NCBI GenBank assembly: GCA_034780895.1
Contig: JAUZTB010000098.1
Span: 85,989,963 to 86,053,962 of the forward strand
Source of the DNA: Rhynchobatus australiae
Lineage: Eukaryota
Direction: 5' to 3'
Length of the DNA: 64,000 nucleotides
Part shown: positions 50,738 through 63,786 of the stretch, one piece after another
Numbering within the stretch: the stretch's first letter is position 1
Layout of the letters: the number at the start of each line of letters is the position of its first letter
The notes under the pieces: model-generated
Seen by the model: only the letters and a program-made list of their open reading frames with translations
Databases searched by the model: none
What the model was told of the DNA's origin: nothing
Translations under genes and position numbers: made by a program

Positions 50738-51742
50738 AGAGGTAGCATTTAGGGAGATTTGTAGTTGGGGGCTATTGCTTACAAGACCACAGAGCCTTAC
50801 CTGGAAAAGATGATTTACAGTATCCTATAATGTGCAGCAACAAAAGTTTCTTTGTTATTAGTGCTCAATGAAATATACAATCTGGATTCAAATGTGATTT
50901 GAAAGACCACAAACCTGCTAATGCAGTGAATAAACAAGAGTAATCAAATTAACTCCAAAGTCTGTGAAACTTTATGTGCGCCTACATTACTGTGTCCATA
51001 AATTGTACAGATCCATTCAATGTGTCTGATGGATGTTACTTTTCTTTATTTCACCCCACCACCCACAAAGCTATTTCTTCATTCTTGCAGAATCGTCTCT
51101 ATCTAATGAGCATTCTAAATTCTGACATGTTAAGTGACCTGTGAACACAGGTCAATGTATTTGTAAGGGACCAAAATCTAAGGCTGGGAAGTTTGCAGTG
51201 GGATTGCCGGCACATTAGATGCAAAGTATTTTGAAGAGATATGGTAATAAAGGCAATTTCTAACGTTCTTTTTAGGAAAGGATATTTAATGCAGTTTGAT
51301 GTAAATTTGAGAGGTATCAGTGGGCCTTTGATTTATTTCCAAGTTAGGAATTTGGAGGTGAACTTAGAGGTATGGTGTTTTCTCATGCTTACACCCTCAT
51401 ATTTTTCACTGACAGAGATTGTGGTTCCAGGACAGGCAATGAAAGAAGCCTTGGAAGTGTATCCTAGAGGTACTGCAGCCATGTGTGTCAGTGATGGAGG
51501 GAGGGAAGGTTTAGGTTGATGGATGAGATGTTAATCAATTAGGTGTTTTTTTCCTGGATTGTGTGGAGAATTTTGAATGTCATTGAAGCTTTACTCATCC
51601 AGACAGGTGGAAGGTATTCCATTTCCATCCTGACTTGTGTTTTAGTGACTGGGGAAAAAGTTAGGGAGTCAGGAACTAAGATACTGCAGAATACCTCCTC
51701 TTGTGGCTATATCATTATATGCTGGTCTACCTAAAGAATCCT

Positions 51743-52114
51743 ATCTGGATGTATCACGGCTTGGTAGAGCAAGTGCTCTGCCCAGGACCGCAAGAAACTG
51801 CAGAGAGTTGTGGACACGGCCTAGCACATCACGGACACCAGCCTCCCCTCCTTGGACTTTGTCTTTACCTCTCGTTGTCTTGGTGAGGCAGCCAGTATAA
51901 TCAAAGACCCCACCCACCGGGACATTCTCTCTTCTCTCCTCTTTCATTGGATAGATACAGGAGCCCGAGGGCACATACCACCAGACTTAAGGACAGCTTC
52001 TACCCCACTGTGATAAGACTATTGAACAGTCCCCTTCTACAATGAGATGGACTATGACCTCACGATCTACCTTGTTGTGACCTTGCACCTTATTGCACTG
52101 CACTTTCTCTGTAG
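51743..52114 (+). mobile_element. Rex1/Babar 3' end (third subfamily) inside an older decayed LINE
   Basis: RKKLQRVVDTA...IIKDPTH...TTRLKDSFYPTVIRLLN. Confidence 0.8.
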
Positions 52115-53289
52115 NNNNNNNNNNNNNNNNNNNNNNNNNNNNNNNNNNNNNNNNNNNNNNNNNNNNNNNNNNNNNNNNNNNNNNNNNNNNNNNNNNNNNN
52201 NNNNNNNNNNNNNNNNNNNNNNNNNNNNNNNNNNNNNNNNNNNNNNNNNNNNNNNNNNNNNNNNNNNNNNNNNNNNNNNNNNNNNNNNNNNNNNNNNNNN
52301 NNNNNNNNNNNNNNNNNNNNNNNNNNNNNNNNNNNNNNNNNNNNNNNNNNNNNNNNNNNNNNNNNNNNNNNNNNNNNNNNNNNNNNNNNNNNNNNNNNNN
52401 NNNNNNNNNNNNNNNNNNNNNNNNNNNNNNNNNNNNNNNNNNNNNNNNNNNNNNNNNNNNNNNNNNNNNNNNNNNNNNNNNNNNNNNNNNNNNNNNNNNN
52501 NNNNNNNNNNNNNNNNNNNNNNNNNNNNNNNNNNNNNNNNNNNNNNNNNNNNAATCTGGTTTTCCACCATCACCCCCATCAACTCCAGCACCATTGGTGT
52601 CCTTCTCTGGGGAATGTGCTGGCAGTGGCTGCAGGAGCAGGGGAAATTGGGAGATGTCCTTGAAGTTGAGTTGTGGAGGGGTGGGTGGTGATTGTACTGG
52701 GAGGGAATTGTACCAGGAAGATGGTTGGGCTATTGAGTGAACTTCCAGGAGGTGATAGGTGTGCCAAGGGACTGATGGGNNNNNNNNNNNNNNNNNGGGT
52801 GAATAGTAAAAGTTGTTTGGGGGTAGCAGGAAATGGCATGTAAGGTGAGGAAGGAGAGGTTCACCATTTTGTTAGTAGTGCAAGAGGAGGTATGATGGCA
52901 GATTAAGCAGCAATTGTCATGAGATCCGGGGCTGGGGTTGTTTACCAGGGCTGGGTGTATCATGGGTGGCGAATTTGCCTGAGAACGAGTGAGGACCAAA
53001 TCTGTACTTGAAGCTGCAAAACAGTCCTGTCCTTTAGATACTTTTACTTCAATTAAATGAAGCACAATCTTGACCAATTGCACGCATGAGACTTGAAGCT
53101 ATGGGACTCAGCCTTGTTGTTTTTCTGTACAGGGGGTGAAGCTTTGTCGAACAGTGTGTGGGAAATGAAAGAATAATACTAGCAGTTAGATCTGTGAAGG
53201 GTAGAAAGTGTTCACAAACAGGCTGATAATAGACTCAGTTTATGTGTATGATGGCAGGATTTGAGCAGAGGAGTTCACCGTGCTTCATG

Positions 53290-53700
53290 ACATGCACGGC
53301 AGGGTCTGTTTTGTTTTGATTATAAAGAATATTGAATGTTTAGAATAAATTGCAAGAACTGTTTGTAATGAACTGAGAGACACAGTAAGAGCATTGTATT
53401 TTCCATTAAAGCGACTTTGTCTTTATGCAAATATTTCACCCATTCCCGTGTTCCTTGGCTAACTAATAATCCATGAGATTGCTAAAGACAAGCCAGACAC
53501 CTGTTCACTTCTCATTAAGTCTTTATTTATTTTTAAGTTCCTATTTACTTTGCCTTCTACATTCCATTCCTAGTTTTCACCCCTTCACCCTAATTCCTCT
53601 AAGGCACTGATTACCTGAGGTTGAAAGTTAACTAACGAGGGCTCAGGCCTCTTCATGATGCTTGCATGTATTTGCATAACCCCTCAGGTCTTTACAAAGG
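53290..53700. promoter_or_regulatory. Enhancer-like block with a Sox-Oct composite site and a second octamer
   Basis: CTTTGTC-TTT-ATGCAAAT at 53415-53432, CATTGT at about 53392 and ATTTGCAT at 53670-53677, in apparently non-repetitive sequence. Confidence 0.35.
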
Positions 53701-54639
53701 AACCATGAGAGAAAAGCTTAGCAGAGCTGACATCTCCTCTGACTACTGCAGGATCAAATTGAAAGTATACATTTTGGAGTCTGCTTCTCAAAGATGATGG
53801 AAAAGAAGAGGGAAAACTGAGGGATCACCAGGGTGCCTCTGCCATTGATGGATAGAATGCACCTGGTTGGAGGTTAGAAGGGGGTTGGGGGCTCCTGACA
53901 ATAGGGAGATGCAAGGAAACAAAAGAATCAAAGATAAAGCTTTAAAGTTTATGTATGTTGTGGGATGACAGTTGTGGTGAACGCTGGTGGGGTGGGCTTG
54001 TGAAATAGGGAGCCAATGAAGTTTGGCAAAGATTGAGATGGTGGCTGAGGAGGGGTGTGGTGTGGGAGTGATTGCAGTGTCCTCTCACTGCCACTGGGAT
54101 TAGGTCAGTGGCTCCAACAGTACAGATCGCTGGAGCAATGATGCATCTGTCTGACTGGCTTGTTTTGTGTGCATCTGCCTTAATCTCTCCACCATTGCTG
54201 ATTCGATTATTGCTGGTTTCATTTGAAGACCAAACTATGATAAAGTGTGTAAATAAGTTGGTGGGAACTGAACCTGAAGGCTACATTTCTTTGGGTTATA
54301 TGAATCAACATTAATCCAAGGTTTCTTATGAAATTGCTTTTAACTGGTCAGACTGTTCATATTTTGGAACTATTTTGTTTTTGTTTCTGGGAGGAATGTT
54401 TCTCTGTGTGTATCAAACTATAAATAAGGTCACATCAAATCCATCAATGAATAATGGGAGCATGGGAAAGTGCAGAACAGGACTAAAGTCTCCTTATCTG
54501 TCATAATGGCACCTTTATTATGAAGCAAGCTTGTCAGTCCAAAGACATGGCTACTGTTTGGCCAATTCCATTGTGAGGATGAGTGCAGCCATGGTTTAGT
54601 GTGAAACACATTTGTTCTTGAGCCAAAAGGTCACACAAA

Positions 54640-55235
54640 CATATGAATTGGGAGCAGGAGTAGGTCACACAGCTTCTACAGCCTGCTGTAACCGTTAATA
54701 AGATGAGAGCTGATCTGTAACAACAAATCTGCATTTCTGCTTCTCCATGGTAACCTTTCACTCCCTTGCTTATCAAGCATCCATCTACCTCTGCCTTAAA
54801 ATATTCCAAGATTCTGCTTCTAGCTCCCTTTGAGGAAGAGAGTTCCAAAGACTCGTGACCTTTTGAGGGGGAAAAAAAAATCACCTTGTCTCTGCCTCAA
54901 ACGAATGGCCCTTGTTTTTAAACAGTAGCCCCTTGTTCACGATTCTCTCACAAGAGGAAACATTCTGTCAAGACCTTCAGGATCTTATATATGCCAATCA
55001 AGTCACCCCCCCACTCTTCTAAACTCCAGTGGATATGTCCTCGCCTATCCAAACTTCCCTCATAGGACAACCTGCCCATTCCAGGTATCAGTCCAGTAAA
55101 CTTTCCTTGAACTGAATTAATATTCTTCCTTATTTAAGGATACCAACACTGTACACAATATTTCAGGTATGGTCTCAGAAATGGACTAAATGAAGCATAA
55201 CTCCCTATTTTTGTATTCAGTTCCTCTCTCAATAG
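54640..55235 (-). mobile_element. CR1 LINE 3' portion
   Basis: catatgaattgggagcaggagtaggtcac...gagttccaaagactcgtgacc...ccaacactgtacacaata. Confidence 0.8.
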
Positions 55236-55391
55236 GTTGCAAGTTTGAACCACTTAATTGAGCACCTAACCAGCCGAGAATCCAATGCAAAACCAAATTA
55301 ATCCTGCACTGTACAAATTTCAAATTCTCTCTTCTCTCACGGAAATCTAACATCAGCTTCTGGCCACCGTCTCCCAAGCACATAAAATATT

Positions 55392-55741
55392 GAGTCATAG
55401 AGCCATACAGCACAGAAATAGGTCCTTTAGACAACATGTCTGCACTGATCATTCAAGCACACATTTACACTAATCTGACACTAATCCCATTTTATTCTCC
55501 CCATATTCGCACCAATTTCCCCCCAGATCCTACCAAACACTTACACACTCGGGCCAATTTACATTGGTCAATTAATCTACCAACCTGCACAATTTTGGGA
55601 TGCGGGAGGAAACTGAAGCACCTTGGGAAAACCCACAAATTCATAGGGAGAACGGGCAAACTCCACACAGAAACAGTGGAGGTCAGGGTTAAACCTTGGT
55701 CACTGGAGCTGTTAGTCAGCAGCTATGTTAGCTGTGCCACT
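55392..55741 (-). mobile_element. HE1/V-SINE, full length
   Basis: gagtcatagagccatacagcacagaaatagg...gggaggaaactgaagcac...gcaaactccacacag...agctgtgccac. Confidence 0.85.
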
Positions 55742-56267
55742 CAACATATTATCATGGATAGGGTGATNNNNNNNNNNNNNNNNNNNNNNNNNNNNNNNNN
55801 NNNNNNNNNNNNNNNNNNNNNNNNNNNNNNNNNNNNNNNNNNNNNNNNNNNNNNNNNNNNNNNNNNNNNNNNNNNNNNNNNNNNNNNNNNNNNNNNNNNN
55901 NNNNNNNNNNNNNNNNNNNNNNNNNNNNNNNNNNNNNNNNNNNNNNNNNNNNNNNNNNNNNNNNNNNNNNNNNNNNNNNNNNNNNNNNNNNNNNNNNNNN
56001 NNNNNNNNNNNNNNNNNNNNNNNNNNNNNNNNNNNNNNNNNNNNNNNNNNNNNNNNNNNNNNNNNNNNNNNNNNNNNNNNNNNNNNNNNNNNNNNNNNNN
56101 NNNCAATGAGAAGTGTGGAGGGCCTTTCAGGTGCAGTACCAGGCAGACCTTAAAATGTTGAGGTGCCAGCCTTGTGAAACTTCAGTGCATGACCACACTT
56201 GAGCTAAACAGATGCAATAGACAGAGCTAAGCAATCTCACAACCAACAAAGCAGATCAAAGCTCTTA

Positions 56268-57368
56268 GTTATAGAACAGTACAGCACAGTAACAGGCCCT
56301 TTGGCCCACAATGCCTGTGCTTGACATGATACCAAATTAAACTAAATCTCTTCTGACTGCACATAATCCATATCCCTTCATTCCCTGCATATTCACACGC
56401 CTATCAAAAAGCCTCTTAAATGCTCCTGTCGTATCTGCTTCCACCACTCCCCCTGGCAGCCTGTTCCAGACACCTACCACTCTCTGCGGAAACACTTGCT
56501 ATGCACATTTTCTTTAAACTTTCTCTCTCTCACCTTAAATGCATGTGCTCTAGTATTTGACATTTCTACCTGGGGAAAAGGATTCTGACTGTCTACCCTG
56601 TCTGTGCCTCTCATAATTTTTCTAATATCTCCTTATAACTAATACCTTCTAATCCAGGCTGCATCTTGGGAAACCTCACTTGTACCATTTCCAAAGCCTC
56701 CACATCCTTCCTGTAAGGGATGAGCAAAATTGCACAATACTAAGTGCAGCCTAACCATAGATTTATATGGCTGCAACATGACCTCCTGACTCTTATGCTC
56801 AATGCCCCGACAAATCAAGTCAAGCATGNNNNNNNNNNNNNNNNNNNNNNNNNNNNNNNNNNNNNNNGTGCAGCCACTTGCAGGGACCCCAAGATACCTC
56901 CGGACATCAATGTTGTTCAGGGTCCTGCCATTAACTATATACTTTTCCCTTATATTTGACCTCCCACAGCGTAACACCTAACACTTGCCTGGATTAAACT
57001 CCACCTGCCAGTTCTCTGCTCATTTTTGTAACTGATCTACTGTATATTCTGCTGCATTGTATGACAGCCCTCTGCACTGCCTACAACTCCACCAATCTTT
57101 GTTACATCTGCAACCTAACTAATCCACCCATCTGCATTTTTATCCAAATCATTTGTAAATATCACAAACAATGGAGGTCTCATCACAGATCCCTGCAGAA
57201 CACCACTGGTCACAGACCTCCAGCCAGAATAACATCCACCACTTCCCTCTGTTCTCTAAGGACAAGCCAATTCTGAAATCAAACTTCCAAGTCACCGTGG
57301 ACCCCATGCATATTAATCTTCTGGATCAGCTTACCATGAGGGACCTTGTCGAATGTCTTACTAAAGTC
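56268..57368 (-). mobile_element. CR1/HER1 LINE, reverse transcriptase to 3' end, with deletions
   Basis: Minus translation RGIEHKSQEVMLQPYKSMVRLHL, plus DFSKTFDKVPHGKL and SGVLQGSV. Confidence 0.85.
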
Positions 57369-57394
57369 CTACCATGTTTATTGAGAAGGGTAGT

Positions 57395-59185
57395 AGATAA
57401 TTAAACAACTACTGGAAGGAGAAGGTTACCAGAATATCCTCACACTTAATGATGTGAGGGTCAGCACATGATTACTACAGAAAAGGCTGAAGCTGAAGTG
57501 TCAGCTCGAAGGGCGGAACAGATGATCCATCTTGGTAAAATGAGACAACATATGCTGGAATCTGGAGCAAAAAACAAATGTCAACTGTCCATTTCCCTCT
57601 CCACCTGCTGCCTGACCCACTGAATTCCTCCAGCAGTTTGTTTTTGAGTCATTTTGACTTCTTGATACCCCCAGCATCAGAAGCCAGTTTCCAGCCAATT
57701 CAATTCATTCCACATGACTGTAGCAATTGTTATGGGACTATTCAACATCTTGTCTGTAGTACTGAAGACCTGTGCTCCAGAACTAGCTGCACTTCTAGCC
57801 AAGCTGTTCTAGTACATTACAGCACCCTCATCTATCTGACAAGGTTCTGTTCACAAAAAGCAGGATGAATCCAGTCAGGCCAATTTGTCTACTGAGGAAG
57901 ANNNNNNNNNNNNNNNNNNNNNNNNNNNNNNNNNNNNNNNNNNNNNNNNNNNNNNNNNNNNNNNNNNNNNNNNNNNNNNNNNNNNNNNNNNNNNNNNNNN
58001 NNNNNNNNNNNNNNNNNNNNNNNNNNNNNNNNNNNNNNNNNNNNNNNNNNNNNNNNNNNNNNNNNNNNNNNNNNNNNNNNNNNNNNNNNNNNNNNNNNNN
58101 NNNNNNNNNNNNNNNNNNNNNNNNNNNNNNNNNNNNNNNNNNNNNNNNNNNNNNNNNNNNNNNNNNNNNNNNNNNNNNNNNNNNNNNNNNNNNNNNNNNN
58201 NNNNNNNNNNNNNNNNNNNNNNNNNNNNNNNNNNNNNNNNNNNNNNNNNNNNNNNNNNNNNNNNNNNNNNNNNNNNNNNNNNNNNNNNNNNNNNNNNNNN
58301 NNNNNNNNNNNNNNNNNNNNNNNNNNNNNNNNNNNNNNNNNNNNNNNNNNNNNNNNNNNNNNNNNNNNNNNNNNNNNNNNNNNNNNNNNNNNNNNNNNNN
58401 NNNNNNNNNNNNNNNNNNNNNNNNNNNNNNNNNNNNNNNNNNNNNNNNNNNNNNNNNNNNNNNNNNNNNNNNNNNNNNNNNNNNNNNNNNNNNAGAGTCT
58501 AGCCATCTACTCTTGTCATTCAATGGGATAACCATTGCCAGGTCCCACACCATCAATATTCTAGTAGTTATCATTGACCAGAAACTCAATTGGACTAACC
58601 AGTTAACTACCATGGCTACCAGAGCAGGTCAGAATGGGTACCTGTGGTGAGCGACCCACCTCCTGACACTCCAAGACCTTTCCACCATCTAAAACACACA
58701 AGTCAGGAGTGTGATGCAATATACTCTCCATTTGCGTGGATGAGTGCAGCACCAAGAACTCTCAAAAAGCTCAATAGCATCCAGGACAAAGCAGCCTAAT
58801 TGATTTGCAACCCACCACCAGCCACCCTGTACATTCATTCCCTCCACCATTTGGCACATTGGCTGCAGTGAGTACCATTCACAAAACGCACTGCAGTTAC
58901 TTGCACAGGCACTTCCAACAGCACCTCCCAAATCCATGACTTCTTCCATCAAGAAGAACAAGGATGAAGTCGCATGGGAATATCACCACCTGTAGGTTCC
59001 CTTCCAGATCATGTACCATCCTGAGCTAAAAATATATCTCCTGTCCTTCATTGCTGTTGGGTCTAAATCCTGGACCTCCCTGCCTAACAACTTTATGGAC
59101 TACCTTCACCAGAAAGACTACAGTGGTTCAAGAAGACAGGTCACCAACACCTTCTCAAGGGCATTTAGGGATAAAGAATTAATTC
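57395..59185 (+). mobile_element. CR1/Jockey-group LINE (second family) spanning a gap, with a foldback repeat inserted at about 57550-57645
   Basis: LKTCAPELAALLAKLF, TINILVVIIDQKLNWT, QVRSVMQYS and IHSLHH. Confidence 0.7.
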
Positions 59186-59805
59186 TGTACTTGCAGCTGG
59201 TACCCAGATGCTTAATAGAAAAAAATGACAAATTTTGCTGTGTGCTATATTTGCCTGAAGACAACGTAACTACAGTTCATTCATTTTCACTTTTGTAGAG
59301 TACCCTAATATCCCCTGAAGAAGTAGAGTTATAGCACAAAGATAGTTATTCTTCGTTTTGGTCCATCTTGCTAAAATGCTTCATCTGTGGGATTAACCTG
59401 TCTCCTATTGTCCTCATGCTTAAAATGTAAGCTTTGGTAATGTATGAAGCTGCAGCAAACTTCATTTTGGCATACTTTGTGTTTGTGACTTCTTACAGCA
59501 GTTTATTGTTCAATCCACTTCCAGTTCTTATCAGTTGGTAGAGCATTAGCAACTAAATACCACTAAAGACCGTCAGATGTAAACTGTGTTTGCTATGATG
59601 GGTGTCAAATGGGAAAGCAACCAAGGGCAAAGCTGATAGGTCATAACCCCATTTTGGGGTCAACTACTGTAGCCTTAGGGGACCTCTTCTATCTCATGCT
59701 GACACCTCTGTCTCCCTTCTTCAACCTTCATTGTTGGCCTGTTAAAATATATAGTTTCCTACCTAACCTACAGACTGGATAGATTGATACCTCCTTGGCT
59801 TCCAG

Positions 59806-60258
59806 ACATAGAACTTAGAATAGTACAGCACAGTACAGCAATAGTACAGTACAGCCACGATGTTATGCCGACCTATATAAACATCTACTCCTTGATCAAT
59901 CTAACCCTTCCCTCCCACCAGCCCATAACCCTCCATTTTTTTTATATCCACGTGCCTATCTAAGAGCCTTTTAAATTTCCCTGTTGTATCAGCCCCTACC
60001 ACTACCCCCGGCAGTGTGCTTCAGGCACCCACCACTCTCTGCATAAAAAAACCTTCATCTGATATCTCCCCTAAATTTTCCTCCCCTGACCTTAAACTGA
60101 TGTCCTCTGGTACTGGCCCTTGCCATCCTGGGGAATAGGTGCTGGCTGTCCACTCTTTGGGGTGATATGTTAAACCAGAGCCTTGACTGCTCACTCAATA
60201 TAGAACAGTACAGCACAGTACAGGCCCTTCAGCCCACAATTTTATGCCGAACTATATG
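59806..60258 (-). mobile_element. CR1/HER1 3' end plus a second short tail at 60200-60258
   Basis: atagtacagcacagtac...caggcacccaccactctctg...accttaaactgatgtcctctgg. Confidence 0.8.
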
Positions 60259-60534
60259 GTTGATGTAAGATAAGCAAGTTGATGTGAAAGATCCCATAAG
60301 TGATTATCAGTGCCCTGCTCAATATTTGTTCCACAATCAACATCACTAAAAAAAATGTTTATTTGATTAGCCTACATTGTGTACCCGGACACTTCATGGC
60401 CAATCGACTAAATCTCCAGTCACTACACAAACTTTTCTATGTACTTTGATTCCATCTCTTTTCCCAGTCACTGTACGAGGTGCAGCTAAATCTTGGCATG
60501 CTAATTGAAACTGATTGGGCTTTTGACCTTATAT

Positions 60535-61118
60535 CTCTATGTCAGTAACTCCGCCTGTATTTGGCAATGTAACATCAAACTCAGCTTATAGGCTATTGAA
60601 GCCATCATTCACCCAGACTCGATAATTTCAGTGTTTTTCTGTTTGTCTTTCATCACTTCATGAATTTGAGTTTATTCAGAACTCTGCTGCCTGCATTCAA
60701 GTTCACACCAAGCCCTGTCTACCCCTTGCCAGGGTGCGTTCTGACCTGCATTGATTCCCAGTTAAAGATCACCTCAATGTTAAAATTCTCATTCTTGGGT
60801 TCAGGTCACTACATGGCTGTTCCCTCCCTACAGTCATCTGTAATCTGTGCTCTTGCATTTCTAGCCTCTGGCACGCCCTTCACTTCCATTGCTCCACATT
60901 GGTGGCTGTACTTTCAGCTTTTTGGCCCAAAGCTCTGGAATTTCCTCCCTGAACTTTTCCAGCTTTTAAAAAGCTTCTTAAAACCCCTCTCTGTGATCAA
61001 TTTTGATCACTTGTCCTCTTATCTTTTAATGTCGTTTGATGTCAAATTTTGTAAAATAAAATCCTGTGAAGAGGCTTGTGAGGTTTTACAACATTAACAA
61101 CTGTTGTAAATGCAATAT
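60535..61118 (+). mobile_element. L2 LINE 3' region
   Basis: ccagactcgataattt...ttcagaactctgctgcc...acctgcattgattccc...ctctggaatttcctccctgaac...taaatgcaa. Confidence 0.7.
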
Positions 61119-61576
61119 CTTACTGAATATCTTCTTGTTTTTTTTAAAAGTGTAACGTGGAATGCAGCCAAGTTTCCCTGCAAGCATCCCCTCTTGTTTG
61201 GCTGAAGTAGGCTGCGATTCCTATTGTGTGTCAGGGATGAGATTCAGCTTCCTGCTGGGCAAGGTTGCATTGAGTGCTTAAAAACTTTGAGAATAAGGGG
61301 AGGAAGTTACATCAGTATGCATAATGAGAGAGCCCAGGAGTGCTGGGGTTGGTTCATCAAACTCTCAGTCTTATAGTTTCCTCTCAGCACAGTTCAACAG
61401 CAGTCCTTGAGGATCAGTTGTTGTTCTCTTTAATAGCGGGTGTTTATGTTCTAGTGGGTGGAAAACATTGCTTTAAAAAGAGAGAAACTAGGGAAATGAC
61501 AGAACATTTTTGCAAATGGAAATGAGAAGGATACTGGAAAAGAGCATGCTGTGGATTTTATGTTATTTGGCTTTAG

Positions 61577-61651
61577 GTGCTGAACCTGTTTAACATGACT
61601 CACAGATCGTCAGCGTCAAAGGCTAGAACTGATAACCATTTGAGCATAAAG
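61577..61651 (+). other. Candidate exon (75 nt, symmetrical phase 0)
   Basis: ttatttggctttAG acceptor and AAG|GTATGT donor. Single open frame VLNLFNMTHRSSASKARTDNHLSIK. Confidence 0.4.
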
Positions 61652-62109
61652 GTATGTGAAATAATATGATAAAGACAAGTGAAAGTAAACTTGAAAGTAA
61701 AACTACAAGAGTTTGCTATTATTAGCAATCTCAGCTGCAGGCGATAAAGTGAGATAAGTTGTTAATTTTGCTTGGTATTTGTTGCTTTCTGACAATGCAC
61801 AGTGTTGGTATTTATAATGTTGAAGTAGTCTTTTTAGCGAAAGGACCAGAATTAAAAATTACACTTTTTAATCAATGTTGTTGATAACTTACATACCTTT
61901 TTAAGTATTGCTTGGTTCTCATTTGTACTGACTAATGGTATATAAAATACACATCCATTACAGTCTTGTTAGTAGAATGGTTGGTCAGATGCATCACTTG
62001 CTGATTTAATGAAACACGTTTCAAGATGATGTTTATTATTTGTAAGGTTCTTTGAAAAGATGTTTTAAAAACTTTGAAATATATAATTTTGATTTTTTCT
62101 GTACTTCAG

Positions 62110-62132
62110 AATGAAGTGCAGCAAGAGTTAAG
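62110..62132 (+). other. Candidate microexon (23 nt)
   Basis: ttttttctgtacttcAG acceptor and AAG|GTCAGT donor. Reads NEVQQEL in phase 0. Confidence 0.25.
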
Positions 62133-62549
62133 GTCAGTTGTGAATTTCTGAGTAATTAGGCAGTTTTAAGCAAGGAATGGCAGTGTTTGTATTTGGCAGT
62201 GAGATGGTTTTCCCCAGCGGATTGTGACCGGAGACTTGTACTGAAAGAATCCCCAGAGCACTCAGGACTAACTCCTCCACACGAATTAACTTAAAGTAAA
62301 ACAAACTAAAGTTCACACGTCAGCCAGAGTAGGGCAGCAATTAGAATATATTTGGGCAGAAATAGCCATAAAGTAGGAGTTGATTCAAAGACAAAAATAT
62401 ATGGGCTTGCAGATTTGTCTTTTCTCTATATATTTAACCTACTCACTGCAGTCTGTAAACTATGAACTGTGCAGTCACTTCTGTGCAGACTGTATTTTAC
62501 TTTTGATTCTTGGGGATCCAGCATCAACAGCTGATTCTCTTGCTGTTAA

Positions 62550-63105
62550 TGTGACAACTACTTGTAATTATATAGTACCTTTTAATGCAGTAAAGTGCCC
62601 CATGCTACTTCAGGTGAGAGTTATCAAACTAAGGTTGGTACTGAGCCACATAATGAGCTATAAGCTTCAGTAGGCAAAAGCGCATTCAACCAGGAAGGTT
62701 TTAAGAAACGTCTTTAAAGTGAAAATAGATCTGGAGGGCTTTAGTGAGGGATTCCAGAACTAAGGGCATTAGTAGTTAAAGGCAAGGCTGCCGTTGCTGG
62801 GCAAAGGAAGTCTGAATGCACAAGTAGCAGAGTTGTTAGAGCATTGGGAGGTAGCTGTTGGAGTTTACAGAGACAGGAGGGACAAGGTTATGGAAAGATT
62901 TGAACAGGAAAGTGAGAATTTTAAGAATCATTCATTTACTGGGTTGGGATCCTATAAAGATAATTAACCATGTGTTTGATGGGTAAGTGTGGGTTTTTAC
63001 GAGGTGACGAGTAGGCAGCAGATCTATTGAAAAGCCCTGTTCGTAGAAGGTAGAAGGTGGTACCGTGGCCATGAGTGGTACCTTGGAATAGTCACGTTTG
63101 CAGTG
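62550..63105 (-). mobile_element. L2 LINE 3' region
   Basis: acttgtaattatatagtaccttttaatgcagtaaag...gagggattccagaact...ggaatagtcacgtttg. Confidence 0.6.
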
Positions 63106-63411
63106 CATTGCATCTATTTCATTCCTCCAGTAGATCTAGCCTTTCATGGGTGTTCCAGTCCACTACTGGCATAAAGCAATAAAAACTAGACCTGTAAATT
63201 GTAGGAACTGCCACCTGGATGTTGCTCATGGGAGGAGGCTGTTACATCTTAACCGGAAGGGGTCATTACTTTAGTTACATAGGTGCTGGGTAATGCCAAT
63301 CCTCAAGTCTGTTGTAGAGGTATGGGAAAAGAATATTCAGCATCTTGAGCTTGTAATGTAGACAAATGAGAAAGCCATTCAGTCCCAAGACTATTGCAAA
63401 GATATAGTAAA

Positions 63412-63786
63412 TGTCACAATGTTGATCAAAGAGCAAGCTCACAGACAACCTAAATGCAGCACACTGATACAAGACTGGAGTCAGTATACTTCCTCAGGAC
63501 AAAACACAGGCATTGTCGTAGGAAGAACCGGCATTTTCCCAGATCCCCTGTGTAGGGTTCTGGGTCAGGTACATGCGGTNNNNNNNNNNNNNNNNNNNNN
63601 NNNNNNNNNNNNNNNNNNNNNNNNNNNNNNNNNNNNNNNNNNNNNNNNNNNNNNNNNNNNNNNNNNNNNNNNNNNNNNNAGTTGCTGCCTGTGTTTTGTC
63701 TTGATGAAGTGTCCTGACTCCAGTTTTGTATCAGTGTGCTGCATTTGGGTTCTCTGTGAGCTTGCTCTTTGATCAACATTGTGACA
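63412..63786. mobile_element. Non-autonomous TIR element (MITE) with TG...CA ends, 101-bp TIRs and 5-bp TSD
   Basis: 63412-63512 versus the reverse complement of 63686-63786 gives 94/101 identities by manual alignment. GTAAA lies at both 63407-63411 and 63787-63791. Confidence 0.85.

Noticed and set aside
53262-53312. Small hairpin ccgtgc...gcacgg as a pre-miRNA or IRE
   Set aside because: The stem is too short and there is no CAGUGN loop.
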